The position numbers and the translations under genes were made by a program. Source: Deinococcus sp. (GTDB lineage: Bacteria > Deinococcota > Deinococci > Deinococcales > Deinococcaceae). From it: a stretch of 64,000 nt of DNA. Under the pieces are notes generated by a model. That model was not told the DNA's origin, did not search any database, and was given only the letters and a program-made list of their open reading frames with translations. The DNA lies in assembly GCA_965261005.1 (NCBI GenBank), contig OZ253375.1, positions 160,001-224,000 on the forward strand, written 5' to 3'. Shown in pieces: positions 61,927 to 64,000 of the stretch (positions within the stretch are counted from its first letter, which is position 1; each line of letters opens with the position of its first letter).

Positions 61927-62244
61927 TCAGCCGCCCTCAAGCCGCTTGGCGCCGCTTTGGGCCAGCGGTTCGGGCGCGAAGCCGGGGTGCGGGGACCGAA
62001 CCGGGAGACAGGTATGCCCGCTGGCCGAGGTGGAAACCCTTGGCGCCCCGACCGGCTCGCCCACCACGCCGGGACCGCCCGGCGGCGGCGTCGCGGCGCG
62101 CAGTTCCGGCAGCGGGGCGGGGGAGAGCGCGGCCTGGGCGCGCGAAGAAGTAGTCTCGTGCGCGCTCAGGCCCAAAAAAACGGCCAGTACCGAGAGCAGC
62201 GTCAGAATGTGCTGTCCCCAGAAGTGCTGACCGTCGTTCTTCAT
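61927..62244 (-). CDS. Small signal/TM-bearing uORF upstream of secDF
   Basis: Hydrophobic ILTLLSVLAVFLGL, Pro-rich spacer, ends RLEGG 50 nt before secDF. Confidence 0.6.
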   Translation of the reverse strand: MKNDGQHFWGQHILTLLSVLAVFLGLSAHETTSSRAQAALSPAPLPELRAATPPPGGPGVVGEPVGAPRVSTSASGHTCLPVRSPHPGFAPEPLAQSGAKRLEGG

Positions 62245-62294
62245 GCCAGTTTTACTTTAATGCAAACGCCTTGGCCGCCTTCCGCACTGAAAAA

Positions 62295-62543
62295 TCAAGC
62301 AGTCGGTTGACAGCCTTTTGGCTTCAAGACACGTCGCGTTGAGGGTGGGTACTTCGCCAACTTCTCTGCCGGGCGAATCGGACGGCGGGTGAACTCACCC
62401 CCGCAGTTCGGGCACCTGCCCTCCAAGATGCCCGCCGCGCAGTCCGCGCAAAAGGTGCATTCAAACGTGCAGATCATGGCCTCCGCCGAGTCGGGCGGCA
62501 AGTTCTTGTCGCAGCACTCGCAATTGGGTCGCAGTTCAAGCAT
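62295..62543 (-). CDS. DUF1272 Zn-binding protein
   Basis: MLELRPNCECCD..ICTFECTFC..CPNCGG..RRPIRP. Confidence 0.88.
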   Translation of the reverse strand: MLELRPNCECCDKNLPPDSAEAMICTFECTFCADCAAGILEGRCPNCGGEFTRRPIRPAEKLAKYPPSTRRVLKPKGCQPTA

Positions 62544-62569
62544 TTCCACTTCCCCGCCTTTCTTCTCGG

Positions 62570-64000
62570 TTACGCCGTGACCTCGACCGTCTCGCTGGCC
62601 TCGATCAGGTCGCCCTCCTGCACATCGTTCCAATCGAGGTTGATGCCGCACTCGTAGCCGGTCTGTACCTCGCGCACGTCGTCCTTGAAGCGCTTGAGGC
62701 CGACGATGATTCCTTCGTAGACGGTCTGCTTGCCGCGCGTGACCTTGGCCCTCGACCCCCGGCGCAGCAGGCCGTCCTGCACGTAGGAGCCGGCGACCAC
62801 GCCCGCCCTGGGGTGGCGGATGACCATGCGGACCTCTGCGCGGCCCAGGTAGCGCTGCTCGAAGACCGGCTCACGGGTGCCCCTCAGCAGGCGGTCCACC
62901 TCGTCAATCAGCTCGTAGATGATGCGGTAGGACTTCATCTCGACGCCGCGTCCGTCGGCCACCTTTTTGACGCCGCCCGAGGGCACCACCGAGAAGCACA
63001 GGATGGTCGCGCCGGCCGTCGAGGCCAGCAGCACGTCCCCCTCGGTGGGGGCGCCGATGCCCGAGAGCATCACGTTGATGGTGACCTCGTCGCTCTGCTT
63101 GCGCGCCAGAATGCCCTGAATGGCCTCCAGCGACCCCTGGGTGTCGGCGCGCAGGATCACGTTGATCTCGCGCACCTCGCCGCCCTCGCCCATCATCTCT
63201 TCCAGGGTCATGCGGCGCTTTTCCTGGGCAGTTTCACCGTCGCGCCGTTCTTGGACGCGCGAGGCGATGCGCTCGCGGGCCTCGTGCTCACTTTTCGCGG
63301 CGCTCACCTGATCGCCGGCGGTGGGGGCCTCGCCGAAGCCCAGCACCTGCACGGCGTCGCTGGGGCCGGCCTGCTTGATCCGCCCGCCGGCCGTGTCGGT
63401 CAGGGCCTTGACCTTGCCGTAGGTCTCGCCGACCACCAGGTAGTCGCCCACGCCCAAAGTCCCCTGCTGCACGATCACGCTGGTCAGCACGCCCGCCTGC
63501 TTGTCCACCTTGCTCTCGATCACGACGCCCGAGAGGTCCCCTTTCGGGTCGGCGCGCAGGTCCTCCAGCTCGGCGACCAGCGAGATCATCTCCAGCAGGT
63601 CGTCCACCCCCTGCCCGCTTCTGGCGGACACCGGCACCGTGATGGTGTCGCCGCCGAAGTCCTCGGGGACCAGGTTCAGCTGAATCAGGTCCTGCTTGAC
63701 CTTGTCGGGGTTGGCGCTCGGCAGGTCCACCTTGTTGATCGCTACGATCATCGGGACCTTGGCGGCTTGGGCGTGCGCCACCGCCTCGCGCGTTTGCGGC
63801 ATCACCGAGTCGTCGGCCGCCACCACGATAATGGCGATGTCGGCGACGTTGGCCCCGCGCGCCCGGATGCTGGTAAAGGCCTCGTGGCCCGGCGTGTCGA
63901 TGAAGACGACCTTCCCCTTGGCCGTCTGCGCCTCAAAGGCGCCCACGTGCTGGGTGATGCCGCCGGCCTCCTTGTCGGCCACCTTGGTCTTGCGGATGTA
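62570..64000 (-). CDS. infB: Translation initiation factor IF-2 (3' part)
   Basis: [34 protein letters not shown]. Confidence 0.96.
   Translation of the reverse strand, partial: YIRKTKVADKEAGGITQHVGAFEAQTAKGKVVFIDTPGHEAFTSIRARGANVADIAIIVVAADDSVMPQTREAVAHAQAAKVPMIVAINKVDLPSANPDKVKQDLIQLNLVPEDFGGDTITVPVSARSGQGVDDLLEMISLVAELEDLRADPKGDLSGVVIESKVDKQAGVLTSVIVQQGTLGVGDYLVVGETYGKVKALTDTAGGRIKQAGPSDAVQVLGFGEAPTAGDQVSAAKSEHEARERIASRVQERRDGETAQEKRRMTLEEMMGEGGEVREINVILRADTQGSLEAIQGILARKQSDEVTINVMLSGIGAPTEGDVLLASTAGATILCFSVVPSGGVKKVADGRGVEMKSYRIIYELIDEVDRLLRGTREPVFEQRYLGRAEVRMVIRHPRAGVVAGSYVQDGLLRRGSRAKVTRGKQTVYEGIIVGLKRFKDDVREVQTGYECGINLDWNDVQEGDLIEASETVEVTA

Noticed and set aside
59091..62230. Long alternative-frame ORFs over secDF (and similar ones over recJ, mutase, ABC-F, ftsI)
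   Set aside because: Shadow ORFs typical of high-GC DNA that overlap well-supported genes.

Overview
High-GC chromosomal window, very probably Deinococcota (Deinococcus-like gene set, many leaderless TANNNT-N6-ATG starts, a CTAG-bounded small repeat). About 2.7-29 kb is an accessory polymorphic-toxin island. Its core is a ~2574-aa signal-peptide-bearing YD/Rhs-repeat protein (Pro-rich linker, PT-TG, Hint, Ntox24-like tip) with no canonical Rhs-core motif. Two IS insertions split the gene, and removing them restores one frame. Downstream are its immunity gene and a tandem array of orphan toxin/immunity cassettes (most carrying Hint) heavily disrupted by IS5, IS701-like, IS4 and IS66 elements. 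Divergently transcribed from the toxin is a coupled 4-gene operon: Ig-like lipoprotein, S8 protease lipoprotein, secretin, small lipoprotein. This is a candidate dedicated secretin-based toxin export/processing system. The rest is mostly housekeeping (TPP riboswitch-thiB, purU, aroA, ald/Lrp, truB, rluB, rnpB, mraZ-rsmH-ftsL-ftsI, methylmalonyl-CoA mutase, ABC-F, recJ, secDF, infB) with several toxin-antitoxin pairs and a candidate translation-arrest uORF in front of secDF. All family calls are from motif recognition, not database searches.
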